64,000 bases of DNA from Fibrobacterales bacterium. GTDB lineage: Bacteria > Fibrobacterota > Fibrobacteria > Fibrobacterales > JAOPTW01. The notes beneath the pieces were generated by a model, which was not told where the DNA came from, did no database searches, and saw only the letters and a program-made list of their open reading frames with translations. The translations under genes were made by a program, and so were the position numbers. Positions 33,295 to 42,776 of this stretch are shown in pieces; the stretch's first letter is position 1; each line of letters opens with the position of its first letter. The stretch covers positions 1 through 64,000 of the forward strand of contig JAOPTW010000012.1 in the NCBI GenBank assembly GCA_051532035.1, read 5' to 3'.

Positions 33295-33825
33295 GTGATG
33301 AATAAAGTAACAGTAAGTATCCTATTAATCTCAATGTTCATGATGAGTTGCGCTCTTCAAAAAAGTGCTCCTGACGTTAAAATTGGGTATGTGGATACGC
33401 AAATAATTATTGAAAACTTTAGTCAGGCCGAAAAAGTACGGGTTTCTATGAAGCTTAATACTCAAAATGTTCAAAAAGAGGTCAATCGACTTCTCACACT
33501 GGCTAATCAGAAGCTCGATCTCTATAAAAAAGAGCTGACCCTTGCACAAAAGAGTAAGAATGAGAAACGTATCTCAGAGCTCAAAGAGTTAATTCAGATG
33601 ACCGCCGCCACCTTTGAGAATCAAAAGTCGATGCTCCAGGATAAACTGACAACGACAAATGAGAGTATCTCTCAAGATGTTTTGAAGAGAATAAATCAAT
33701 ATATTGATGAATATGCTCAAAAACAGGGATATACGGTTGTTGTTGAGAAAAGCTCTGGAATACTCTATCATGACGTCACCATCAATATTACCCAAGAAAT
33801 TTTAAAGGGTTTACACAGCAAGTAA
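33295..33825 (+). CDS. skp: OmpH/Skp family periplasmic chaperone
   Basis: KIGYVD, coiled-coil body, YAQKQGYTVV...ILY...NITQEIL. Confidence 0.85.
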   Translation: MMNKVTVSILLISMFMMSCALQKSAPDVKIGYVDTQIIIENFSQAEKVRVSMKLNTQNVQKEVNRLLTLANQKLDLYKKELTLAQKSKNEKRISELKELIQMTAATFENQKSMLQDKLTTTNESISQDVLKRINQYIDEYAQKQGYTVVVEKSSGILYHDVTINITQEILKGLHSK

Positions 33826-33970
33826 TCCCCAATTTTCAGCTCTCAAAAAGTACGAAATCGTAACAACTCGACATTCCTACTGTTAAACCATGGAATAAAA
33901 GCTTAAAATACGATATAATCTATTGGTAGCATACAATTGATTTTAGGCATGGCCATACTTGGAGTAGTGG

Positions 33971-35497
33971 ATGAGTGATTTGCTCGAGTTTTCTGAAGAG
34001 GAAGAACCCCAATATATTGATGAAGGATATCCTTGGCGTATTTTACTTGTTGATGATGATAGTGAAGTACACGATGTGACCCGGTTTGTATTAAAAAGTA
34101 AAATTCTATTTAATAGACCTATTGAACTTACCAGTGTCTTTAGCTTTGAAGAAGCGAAAGACCTCTTAATGCATGATGATGATTTTGCCCTTGCCTATAT
34201 AGATGTCGTTATGGAGACTGATGATGCGGGACTCCGACTCATTGAGTTTATTAGAAATGATCTTAAAAATAGTATGATGCGTTTGAATATTCGTACCGGA
34301 CAACCGGGGGTCGCTCCTGAAGAGGATGTCATTACGCGATATGATATCAATGACTATAGAGAAAAGACCGATATGAATGCGCGTCGTCTCTTTAGTTCAA
34401 CCTACACGGCACTCCGCTCTTATAGTGAAATTATAGCACTCAATGAAAATAGAAAGGGACTCAAAAAGGTGATAGAGTCTTCGGGTACTATCCATGGTAT
34501 TCAAAGGTTGGGTGAGTTTGGGTCTGGGGTGTTAAAACAACTTGCCAGTATTCTCTTTAATGATAATGGGCATGGGTTAGATAGCGGAGGAGTTGCAGTA
34601 TTCAAAAATGCCACAGGGTTTGAGATTATTGCACGTACTGGTGAATATGGAAGTGTTGGCGATTCTCTTGATGATCTTGGTAAAAGTGTGATAGAGAGAA
34701 TCACTACGGTCTATCATAGTAAAACGACAATGATAGGTGACGATTACTACGCAGGATACTTTACCGGTCATGGGGGCACCGAATATGTATTGTACATGCG
34801 TGGCCAAACCATTGGTATCTCATTTGATGATGAACTGCTTGAACTTTTTTGTAATAATGTAAGTATTGCTCGTGAGAACAATGAGTTAAAGACCCACATG
34901 GATGTAACCCAAAAAGAAATTGTATATCTTCTCGGTGAAGCGGTTGAGCGAAGATCAGAAGAAACGGGTAATCATGTTCGTAGAGTTGCTCACTATTCAA
35001 GGCTCTTGGCAACATTGCGTGGATTGTCATCTGGTGAGTGCGAAGAGATCTATATGGCTTCTCCACTCCATGACCTTGGGAAAATTGCTATTCCCGATGC
35101 CATATTGAATAAGCCAGGGAAGCTTGATGCCCAGGAGTGGGAAGTGATGCAGAAACACGCCGAATATGGTTATGAAATGCTTCGCGATAGTAATAATGTG
35201 ACACTCAAAGCGGCTGCGGTTATCGCCTATCACCATCATGAAAAGTGGAATGGGCGAGGGTACCCTCAACAACTTTCGGGCGAAGACATTCATATGTATG
35301 GTAGGATAACTGCTCTTGCAGATGTGTTTGATGCACTTGGTTCGGATAGGTGTTACAAAGATGCCTGGCCAATGGACGCGGTACTAAAGCTTATAGAAAA
35401 TGAAAAAGGTGAACACTTTGATCCTGAGCTGGTTGACCTCTTTTTAAAAAATATTGATGATTTTATTGAAATTCGTGACCGGTATTCTGATGTATGA
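33971..35497 (+). CDS. Response regulator with DUF3369-like and HD-GYP c-di-GMP phosphodiesterase domains
   Basis: REC (LVDDD, DVVME, RTGQPG); ETGNHVRRV, LHDLGK, HHEKWNGRGYP, ADVFDAL. Confidence 0.92.
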   Translation: MSDLLEFSEEEEPQYIDEGYPWRILLVDDDSEVHDVTRFVLKSKILFNRPIELTSVFSFEEAKDLLMHDDDFALAYIDVVMETDDAGLRLIEFIRNDLKNSMMRLNIRTGQPGVAPEEDVITRYDINDYREKTDMNARRLFSSTYTALRSYSEIIALNENRKGLKKVIESSGTIHGIQRLGEFGSGVLKQLASILFNDNGHGLDSGGVAVFKNATGFEIIARTGEYGSVGDSLDDLGKSVIERITTVYHSKTTMIGDDYYAGYFTGHGGTEYVLYMRGQTIGISFDDELLELFCNNVSIARENNELKTHMDVTQKEIVYLLGEAVERRSEETGNHVRRVAHYSRLLATLRGLSSGECEEIYMASPLHDLGKIAIPDAILNKPGKLDAQEWEVMQKHAEYGYEMLRDSNNVTLKAAAVIAYHHHEKWNGRGYPQQLSGEDIHMYGRITALADVFDALGSDRCYKDAWPMDAVLKLIENEKGEHFDPELVDLFLKNIDDFIEIRDRYSDV

Positions 35498-35539
35498 TGA
35501 GAGGCTGCGTATTGGGGCCTCAAAGGGTGAAATAAATAA

Positions 35540-36376
35540 ATGAATGAACAATCAATAGGTGGTGCCTTTCTTGAATTTTTGGCAGGGGAAGAAAAAAGCG
35601 TTCCCCTCGAGCGAAGAGTATTGAATGTCACCATTTTTGCTGCAGGCATCATCTGTATCTCACTCGTACTTGAAGCAATTGTACTGGGGTTGGGGACCGT
35701 TTCTGTTGGTGTTACTCTTTTGTTGACGGCTCTGTTTTGGGGCCTCTTTTATATTGCTCGGATTACAAAAAATAACAACTGGTTGGCATGGGTCTATCTA
35801 TTGGTACATGCAATTGGGATTTTGTTTGATTGGTTCTTGCTTGCGGGGAATGTTGGGATTTCTCCCATGGCATTTGTTGCGATTGGTATTTTGGTTCCTC
35901 TTATAACGAAACGATCTCAGTTTGTAAAAGGTGTTATATTCTTAGTATCACTGTATTTGATTTTATGTATTGGTTCTCTTGTGTTCGATAGAGTCGGCCC
36001 TAATGCGGTTCATATAATTATTCATGAAACACTTATTGAAATGGGGATGTTGGCCGCCTGTATGTTTATAATAACCTTTGTGGCGATTCAATCATACAGA
36101 TCAGCACATTTACGGGTGTTTACTCTTAATTATGATCTTGAAATAAAGAATGTGCAGCTTCAAAAAGCGGTGGATGAGATTAAAACCCTCCAGGGGATAA
36201 TTCCTATCTGCTCGTGTTGTAAAAAAATTCGTTCTGAAGGCGGTGCCTGGGATCAAATCGAGCATTACATTGCTCAGCATAGTGATGCCTCATTCTCTCA
36301 TGGTGTATGTCCTGACTGTATAAAAAGTGAATATCCTCACATTCACGAGCGATTGAAACAGAAAGGAAAACTGTAA
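35540..36376 (+). CDS. Membrane protein with C-terminal Cys/His zinc-binding signalling module
   Basis: Several TMs, coiled coil, LQGIIPICSCCKKIR...W..IE.YI..HSDASFSHGVCPDC. Confidence 0.75.
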   Translation: MNEQSIGGAFLEFLAGEEKSVPLERRVLNVTIFAAGIICISLVLEAIVLGLGTVSVGVTLLLTALFWGLFYIARITKNNNWLAWVYLLVHAIGILFDWFLLAGNVGISPMAFVAIGILVPLITKRSQFVKGVIFLVSLYLILCIGSLVFDRVGPNAVHIIIHETLIEMGMLAACMFIITFVAIQSYRSAHLRVFTLNYDLEIKNVQLQKAVDEIKTLQGIIPICSCCKKIRSEGGAWDQIEHYIAQHSDASFSHGVCPDCIKSEYPHIHERLKQKGKL

Positions 36377-36377
36377 A

Positions 36378-38144
36378 TTATTTTTCTTGTCGCTTATACC
36401 AAATCGAGATTGCTTCTTGCACTCTTGATTTCTGTATTGGTTTTGATAGGTAGCTATTCATGCCAGCTGAGAGGCAGGCATTCCGATCTTCTTTCATGGC
36501 ATTAGCAGTCATAGCAATAATGGGTATTGCTTGATCAATTTCGCTGTGGGTACCAGAACGAATGATACGAGTTGTTTCGAGCCCACCAAGAACCGGCATC
36601 TGCATATCCATAAACACCAATTCAAAGTCTCGTTGTTTAAGAATTGAGAGTGCGACTTCACCATTTTCTGCAGGTGTTACTGAATGACCCATCTTATTGA
36701 GGAGTTTTGTAATGACACGTAAGTTCATGGTATTGTCTTCGACAACGAGTATATTGAGGTCTGGAGTGTTGATATCACAGGTGGTGAGCTCTTCTTCTGG
36801 GGCTATGGCTTGATTTTCAGGTATCGTACACTGCATAGTGAACCAAAACGTTGAACCGGCACCGATATCACTATACAGGCCGATGTCACCACCCATAAGC
36901 TTTGCGAGCTGTTTTGATATTGAGAGGCCCAGACCGGTGCCACCAAATTGTCTTGTTATAGAGTTGTCGGCTTGACTGAAGGTTTCGAAGAGATGTATCT
37001 GTTTATCTAATGGGATACCGATACCCGTATCCTCAATCGAAAATTTAATATAGATATTGTTTCCTGGCTCTTCTATCAGAGCACATTGCAGCTTAACAGA
37101 ACCTTTAGGCGTAAATTTTATTGCATTACCGATTAAATTAGTAAGGACTTGATGGATACGGACGGGGTCTCCCGTTATGATACGAGGAATATCTTTCGAG
37201 ATACCCTGTAGATATTGTAGTCCCTTCTCTTCGCAGCGTAAAATATTGATAATTGAGAGATTACTGAGGAGTGCATGAAGGTCAAAATTAATCTGTTCGA
37301 CATCCAATTTACCCGCTTCAATTTTTGAAAAATCGAGGATATCATTGATAATAGTGAGTAAGTTATTGCCGCTATCACGGACCGCTTCGACTAGTTCTCG
37401 CTGCTCCTCATCAAGGGTGGTATCGAGGAGTAACCGATTCATACCAATAACGCCATTCATAGGGGTACGAATCTCATGACTCATATTTGCCAGAAATTGA
37501 CCCTTAGCATCATGAGCCGCTGTAGCTTGTTGCTTTGCGCTTGTAAGGGCGCTAAAGGATTCGTCAAACTGTTTATAAAAAATTGAAATGAGAATTGCCG
37601 AGAGTGAAACTGAAGTAATTATATTGAATGTGAAAAATACTCTGTAGCTTGATGAATCAATAGAAAAGGGAAGAAGGTAGGGGATAGGGGCGTCGACAAT
37701 TTCTGCGATAAAGAGAACGAGAATTAAGAAAAGGGTGTATAGTGTAATAAGAGTGCTCTCTTTACGAGGAAGAAGGGTATAGGAACTCAGGACAAGAGGT
37801 CCATACCACACCAGAATGACAGAGGTGCTTCCACCAGTTGTTGCTATTATTGGGATGAGCGCTGTTATTGATATATATGAAACAACTCTTCCTGCTAAAG
37901 TATAGTTCTTATATTTTTTAATAATAGTAAGGCTCAAAAGAGCAGATAGAAATGCTGTGAATGCAGCAACCATGGCAAGAGTGTTATCCCAATAGAAATA
38001 GAGAACTACAAAAGGAAACCACCCTGAAGCAATTGCATATTGATAGGTGTATACTGTTCGTTGATGTTGATATTCCCATGTGTGTTTGGGAACTGTTGCA
38101 TCTTTTTCTAAAAATGAAAAAATTTCTTGTAACTGGTTTATCAT
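36378..38144 (-). CDS. Membrane hybrid sensor histidine kinase/response regulator
   Basis: Multi-TM N-terminus; [33 protein letters not shown]. Confidence 0.93.
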   Translation of the reverse strand: MINQLQEIFSFLEKDATVPKHTWEYQHQRTVYTYQYAIASGWFPFVVLYFYWDNTLAMVAAFTAFLSALLSLTIIKKYKNYTLAGRVVSYISITALIPIIATTGGSTSVILVWYGPLVLSSYTLLPRKESTLITLYTLFLILVLFIAEIVDAPIPYLLPFSIDSSSYRVFFTFNIITSVSLSAILISIFYKQFDESFSALTSAKQQATAAHDAKGQFLANMSHEIRTPMNGVIGMNRLLLDTTLDEEQRELVEAVRDSGNNLLTIINDILDFSKIEAGKLDVEQINFDLHALLSNLSIINILRCEEKGLQYLQGISKDIPRIITGDPVRIHQVLTNLIGNAIKFTPKGSVKLQCALIEEPGNNIYIKFSIEDTGIGIPLDKQIHLFETFSQADNSITRQFGGTGLGLSISKQLAKLMGGDIGLYSDIGAGSTFWFTMQCTIPENQAIAPEEELTTCDINTPDLNILVVEDNTMNLRVITKLLNKMGHSVTPAENGEVALSILKQRDFELVFMDMQMPVLGGLETTRIIRSGTHSEIDQAIPIIAMTANAMKEDRNACLSAGMNSYLSKPIQKSRVQEAISIWYKRQEK

Positions 38145-38248
38145 AGCCTACCTTGGTGTAATTGTACTGTAATTACATCAAGTAAGCAATGAATAAGGGT
38201 GAGGCGTGCTCGTTGTTGTATAAGTAATTTTTAGAGCTTTTCATGAGC

Positions 38249-39358
38249 TTACCGAATCACAAAAAGCGACCGCTTATTCCCTTGTACCGCTACAACCAAT
38301 CCTGCAGATAATGGGAGTGGTTGATGACTAGAGATAATCCCATTAAACAGCTGCACCCCCGTAACTGAATAGAGCGCAAGTGGTTGGTCTGAAGAAATAT
38401 GATTTACCCAATGCCGCTGATCAGTTTCCGTAAAAGGGAGCATAATCGATACAGGTGCTTCACTTGAATACTCTGCGTCTATTGACGATTCACCCACGGA
38501 CGACTCATCTGCAGATGAGCCACCTATAAAAGTGTCTTCGGATGAGTCTTCGCTCATAGTATTTTGAGAAGAGCTCTCAGCAGTCTGAGAGCTACTTTCT
38601 GATGATGAAAGCGAAGCAGAAGATTCTGATTGAGTATTTTCAGAACTAGACTCATTAACCCAACCAACTTTTTGCCAGCCTTCTTCTATGAGCACATCAG
38701 TGATACCACAGCCACCAGCATCGGGGTCAGTGCCTCCATTGAGGCGAGGAATGTAGACGGGATGTACCTCACCACTCGTAGTAATGTGTTTAATATTTGA
38801 TTCTGAATCATCCCAAAAAATAACTCGTTTACGGTCTTCTACGTTTTCGGGGTCCATGCCGTAGGCCCGCATGATTTTGTCATTGACATCGGGCTTATAG
38901 GAGTTATGGTCCATATGATAGGCGCAGGTTTCACAGTTCCAGTTTGCCTTGTCATTTATTTTTGGATACGACCACTCTTTTGATGGGTTGTCGTAATGCT
39001 CTGATGCCAAAAATTCGGGGAAGTGGTTGTCATCAATGAGGTGGCTAATCTTATCGTCATAACCAACTTCTAGAGCTGCATGGCTATTGATACCAATAAA
39101 TGCTCCGTTAGCGACACAGCGTGCAATAGCTTCGCGCGCCTTTACTCCCAAACATTGATAGCGCGGGTCCCAATTATAGACATTGTTGTCACCCGTATAA
39201 TCAAAACAGTGGTACTCTTCTTTGTTATCTGTTTCGGGGCATTTGTGTGATGAGAGAGTGAGGTCGTAATCAAAGATACAGAGGACCTGAGGATTTGCGG
39301 CAAATGCTGATAGGGTAAGGAGGGCACTTATGATACCGGTGTTTTTGAGTGCTTTCAT
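38249..39358 (-). CDS. Secreted HAD-superfamily-like protein with Ser/Glu linker and T9SS-like tail (ORF track start 39406)
   Basis: Signal peptide MKALKN...AFA; IFDYDLTL (DxDxT), YKP, IFWDD; C-terminus LYSVTG...LSAGL. Confidence 0.6.
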   Translation of the reverse strand: MKALKNTGIISALLTLSAFAANPQVLCIFDYDLTLSSHKCPETDNKEEYHCFDYTGDNNVYNWDPRYQCLGVKAREAIARCVANGAFIGINSHAALEVGYDDKISHLIDDNHFPEFLASEHYDNPSKEWSYPKINDKANWNCETCAYHMDHNSYKPDVNDKIMRAYGMDPENVEDRKRVIFWDDSESNIKHITTSGEVHPVYIPRLNGGTDPDAGGCGITDVLIEEGWQKVGWVNESSSENTQSESSASLSSSESSSQTAESSSQNTMSEDSSEDTFIGGSSADESSVGESSIDAEYSSEAPVSIMLPFTETDQRHWVNHISSDQPLALYSVTGVQLFNGIISSHQPLPLSAGLVVAVQGNKRSLFVIR

Positions 39359-39493
39359 GATTTTCTTGTGTGGTGTGTACTGAGTAAGTAATGTAGTAAT
39401 TATCAAAAATCATCTGAGGGGTACCCATCACTGCATAGTTAGATTTTAGTTTTTTCTGGTGAGTTACTATTCTCAAAAAGAGTCTCTGTCGGG

Positions 39494-41554
39494 CTACCCA
39501 TGCAGCATAGCATGTGCACTTTTAATGGCCTCTTCACTCCCGCTGAGTACCAATACATCGCCAGAACGTAAAATAGTATCAGCAGTCGGTAAGGCCGACT
39601 CTTTGCCTTGAGAGCTTATAGCCATAACCAGTGCTCCGGTGAGGGCACGTAAATTCAGCTCAGAGAGGCTTTTATCAACAGCGAAACTTTCAGCTTTCAG
39701 TTCGACTGTTTCTGGGTGGCCCATGCCGGGGAGTAGTTTATTTACCAAATCCATGGATGATTGATGGGTATCGGTATCCTTCCCTTTGAGATTTAATTGG
39801 TTTTGCAGAGCAGATGCTATTACCTGCGCACCAGCTTTTACGTGACCATCTAAGTTTCGCGCTCGTTTCCAAAAAGCAACGCCGAAACCAAAAAGGGTAA
39901 GAGCGATGATCGAAGAAACCGATCCTGTTGGGGCTATGGGTTCAATAAGAATGATCATGGGGATGCTGATGAGTATAATCTGAATAATGTGGAGGGAGGT
40001 GCTGAGTACTCTGCGTGGCGCTAACCCCGAATCAACTCCATTGTTGGGAGGTAGTGGTAGTGTGGTGATTGCGATCTCTCGAGCAATGCGTGAGGTGAGG
40101 CCTATTATCCCCCCAAAGAGTGGGATAATGATGATTACGGCACCTATAATAAAGAGGGTACTACTGATTTGTTCTGGAATAGCAAGTTTTTCACCTAACG
40201 CATGGAAGATAGCATCACTTTTTAATGCGGCTATGGAGAGGATTACCAGAAAGAGAATATCAACGCCCAACCATTTTAACCAGCGGAAGAGTTTGGTTCT
40301 GAGAGTGCTGTTGTCTTTTTTCTTATATACTTGTTCGAGCCAAGAGCCATAGAGTGAGGCAAAGGTTTGAAGTGGTGAGGGTAGGTGGTTGGAGATAAAG
40401 AGGGCAATGGATGAGCTATGGCGAACCATATAGGGGGTTGTCCAGGTGGTGAGTACTGCCACACTGACAGCTATTGAAAAAAGTGCGGGTGATACCACGC
40501 CAAAAACGAGACCGATCCCGACTATTAAGAAACTAAACTCACCGATTTGAGAGAGACTGAGCCCTGCTTCGAGCGCCAAGGTTAAGGGTCTTCCGGTAAT
40601 GAACGTACCGAGTGCAATGGTCAGGGTTTGGCCCACAATAACAATAACAGTAATGAGGAGTATCAGGGAAACGTTATCAAGGGCGAGCATAGGGTTGAGT
40701 TGCATACCAATTGATACAAAGAATATAGCCGTAAAGAGGTCGCGAATGGGTGAAATTTGTCTGGCAATCTTATGAGATATGGCGCCGGACTCTGCAACGA
40801 GTGACCCCGCTATAAACGCGCCGAGCGCCATGGAGTACCCAAAGGTTTTAGCGAGAAGTGCTATGGCAAAACAGAGGCCGATACTGGTGATAATATTTGT
40901 TTCGGGGTTTTTAAGAATACTGACAAACCGAGTGAGCCGTGGTATTAAGAGAATGCCGATAAATACGAGTGCAGCCAAAAACCCGCCCAAGCCTAAGAGC
41001 ATTGAGGTAAAGCTATCTAAAGTAAAGCCAGAGCCCGATGCGACAGCGGTGAGCGCTGCCATGAGGATAATTGCGATAAGATCCTGTGCGACTAATATAC
41101 CAATCACTAAATCTTTTAAGCTTTTCTCTTTTTTTCCGCTTTGAAAGGTTCGCGTAACTACTGCGCTTGAGCTTACGGCGAGCATGCCACCCAAAAAGAC
41201 ACTTTGAATTTCTGACCAGCCCAACATGCGGCCTAAGGTGACCCCGAGAAATATCATGAGAAATGCTTGGATGAGTGCAATAAGGCCCGAAGACAATCCA
41301 ACCTTTAAGAATTTGGTAATAGAGAACTCGAGCCCAATACCAAAGAGTAACAAAACCACGCCAATTTCGGATAAGAGGTGTACCACCGCTTTATCTGCAA
41401 CCAATGGTGTTGGAAGATACGGTCCCACTAAAACACCGGCAACAAGATACCCCATTAGCACTGGTTGTTTCAGCTTTTGGAAGAGTACGGTTACGAGTCC
41501 TGCTGCAACTAATACAATGGTAAACGCTTCTATGAATACATGTTGGTCAATCAT
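39494..41554 (-). CDS. CPA2 cation:proton antiporter with C-terminal TrkA-C (RCK_C) domain
   Basis: GYLVAGVLVGP, GLEFS, LVAQDL, ALGAFIAG, QIGEFSF; LSELNLRALTGALV...GDVLVLSG. Confidence 0.92.
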   Translation of the reverse strand: MIDQHVFIEAFTIVLVAAGLVTVLFQKLKQPVLMGYLVAGVLVGPYLPTPLVADKAVVHLLSEIGVVLLLFGIGLEFSITKFLKVGLSSGLIALIQAFLMIFLGVTLGRMLGWSEIQSVFLGGMLAVSSSAVVTRTFQSGKKEKSLKDLVIGILVAQDLIAIILMAALTAVASGSGFTLDSFTSMLLGLGGFLAALVFIGILLIPRLTRFVSILKNPETNIITSIGLCFAIALLAKTFGYSMALGAFIAGSLVAESGAISHKIARQISPIRDLFTAIFFVSIGMQLNPMLALDNVSLILLITVIVIVGQTLTIALGTFITGRPLTLALEAGLSLSQIGEFSFLIVGIGLVFGVVSPALFSIAVSVAVLTTWTTPYMVRHSSSIALFISNHLPSPLQTFASLYGSWLEQVYKKKDNSTLRTKLFRWLKWLGVDILFLVILSIAALKSDAIFHALGEKLAIPEQISSTLFIIGAVIIIIPLFGGIIGLTSRIAREIAITTLPLPPNNGVDSGLAPRRVLSTSLHIIQIILISIPMIILIEPIAPTGSVSSIIALTLFGFGVAFWKRARNLDGHVKAGAQVIASALQNQLNLKGKDTDTHQSSMDLVNKLLPGMGHPETVELKAESFAVDKSLSELNLRALTGALVMAISSQGKESALPTADTILRSGDVLVLSGSEEAIKSAHAMLHG

Positions 41555-41891
41555 GGGGAGCCATTTTGGTGTCGGTACCCTAAAATTTAGGCATTTAGCG
41601 ACAGAAAATGGTGAAAAACGGCTGTTGTAGGGGAATTATTCAATTATGGAATGGAGTGTGAAAACTATGGGTACTCGTAGTAAGTATAATGGTGGGTATA
41701 CGCAATATTCTTGTTTCGCTCGAGATAGATGCTTGCACTATATATACATAATTAAAAATACAAAGATTAGCCTGCTTAATATTAGTAAGCACAATAGTAG
41801 TGAGTGTTTAATAAATAAACGACTTATACAGAGCTTTAGAGTAGTGAAGTTACTTTAAATAATGTGGCGCTTTTAATATGTTTGTTAAGCG

Positions 41892-42776
41892 TTGAGAGAG
41901 GGAAATATCATGGGTATACGTTCAGTACTGTGCGTAATTTTAGTTTTATTAATTACACATGTTGATGCACGAGTGCGTGCTCCATCTAATAACGGGTTTC
42001 GTAATTCTGATCAAGATACTACGAAGGTGATGCCTAGCAATCATAGCAGTCAGGGAACTACTCAAGCACCAAGTGTAGATTTGTGTAAAATGAAATATGC
42101 TCGATGCACAATAGATTTTGGGGTTAGTATTCATGCCTCGTATAAAGGATTGTATACGAGTGATAGCAAGGCAAAAGAGGCAACCTATGATGTCGATAAT
42201 GGCTATCAACCTGCAAAGTCAGGGAAATCTACATATGGGCCCGATGATATTGTAGAAATTTCTCAGGAACCAATAGGGGTTTCGGCCTACCTTCTATTCT
42301 ATAAAATATTTGGGTTTCGTGTCGACTACCTCTACAATCAATATACCGTTAAAGAGGATATTTTTACAGATGAATCTGCTATCGATAAGTGGAAGATAAC
42401 TAATGAGACTTTAGTGACTTCATTAATGCTCTCTATGTATTTTTCAGACTACCGAGAAGACGAAGGTTCCCAAGGACTTCTCTTGTACGCACTTCTTGGA
42501 AAGGCATATGTATGGCGAACCGATAATCTGTCGGTAAAAGAAGGAGTATATATACAGGGGGACCCTAAGTCAATGGGGAATAGTGCTGGTTACTTTTTTG
42601 GGTTAGGAATTATGCCGCGTTTGAACTCCGTTATTGGAATTGAACTTGAAATTGGACTTGATGCTTTTGACTTTAAGTCGAGAGGAATATTTGAAATTCC
42701 TGATGCTGAAACTACTAGTGATGGTGGTCCTTATATCAAAATTGGATTAGCACTGTTTTTGGAGATGGTATTATGA
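41892..42776 (+). CDS. Exported protein, probable outer-membrane beta-barrel (start possibly 41910)
   Basis: Signal peptide; amphipathic beta-strands (GYFFGLGI, GPYIKIGLALF); 4-bp overlap with next gene. Confidence 0.6.
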   Translation: MREGNIMGIRSVLCVILVLLITHVDARVRAPSNNGFRNSDQDTTKVMPSNHSSQGTTQAPSVDLCKMKYARCTIDFGVSIHASYKGLYTSDSKAKEATYDVDNGYQPAKSGKSTYGPDDIVEISQEPIGVSAYLLFYKIFGFRVDYLYNQYTVKEDIFTDESAIDKWKITNETLVTSLMLSMYFSDYREDEGSQGLLLYALLGKAYVWRTDNLSVKEGVYIQGDPKSMGNSAGYFFGLGIMPRLNSVIGIELEIGLDAFDFKSRGIFEIPDAETTSDGGPYIKIGLALFLEMVL

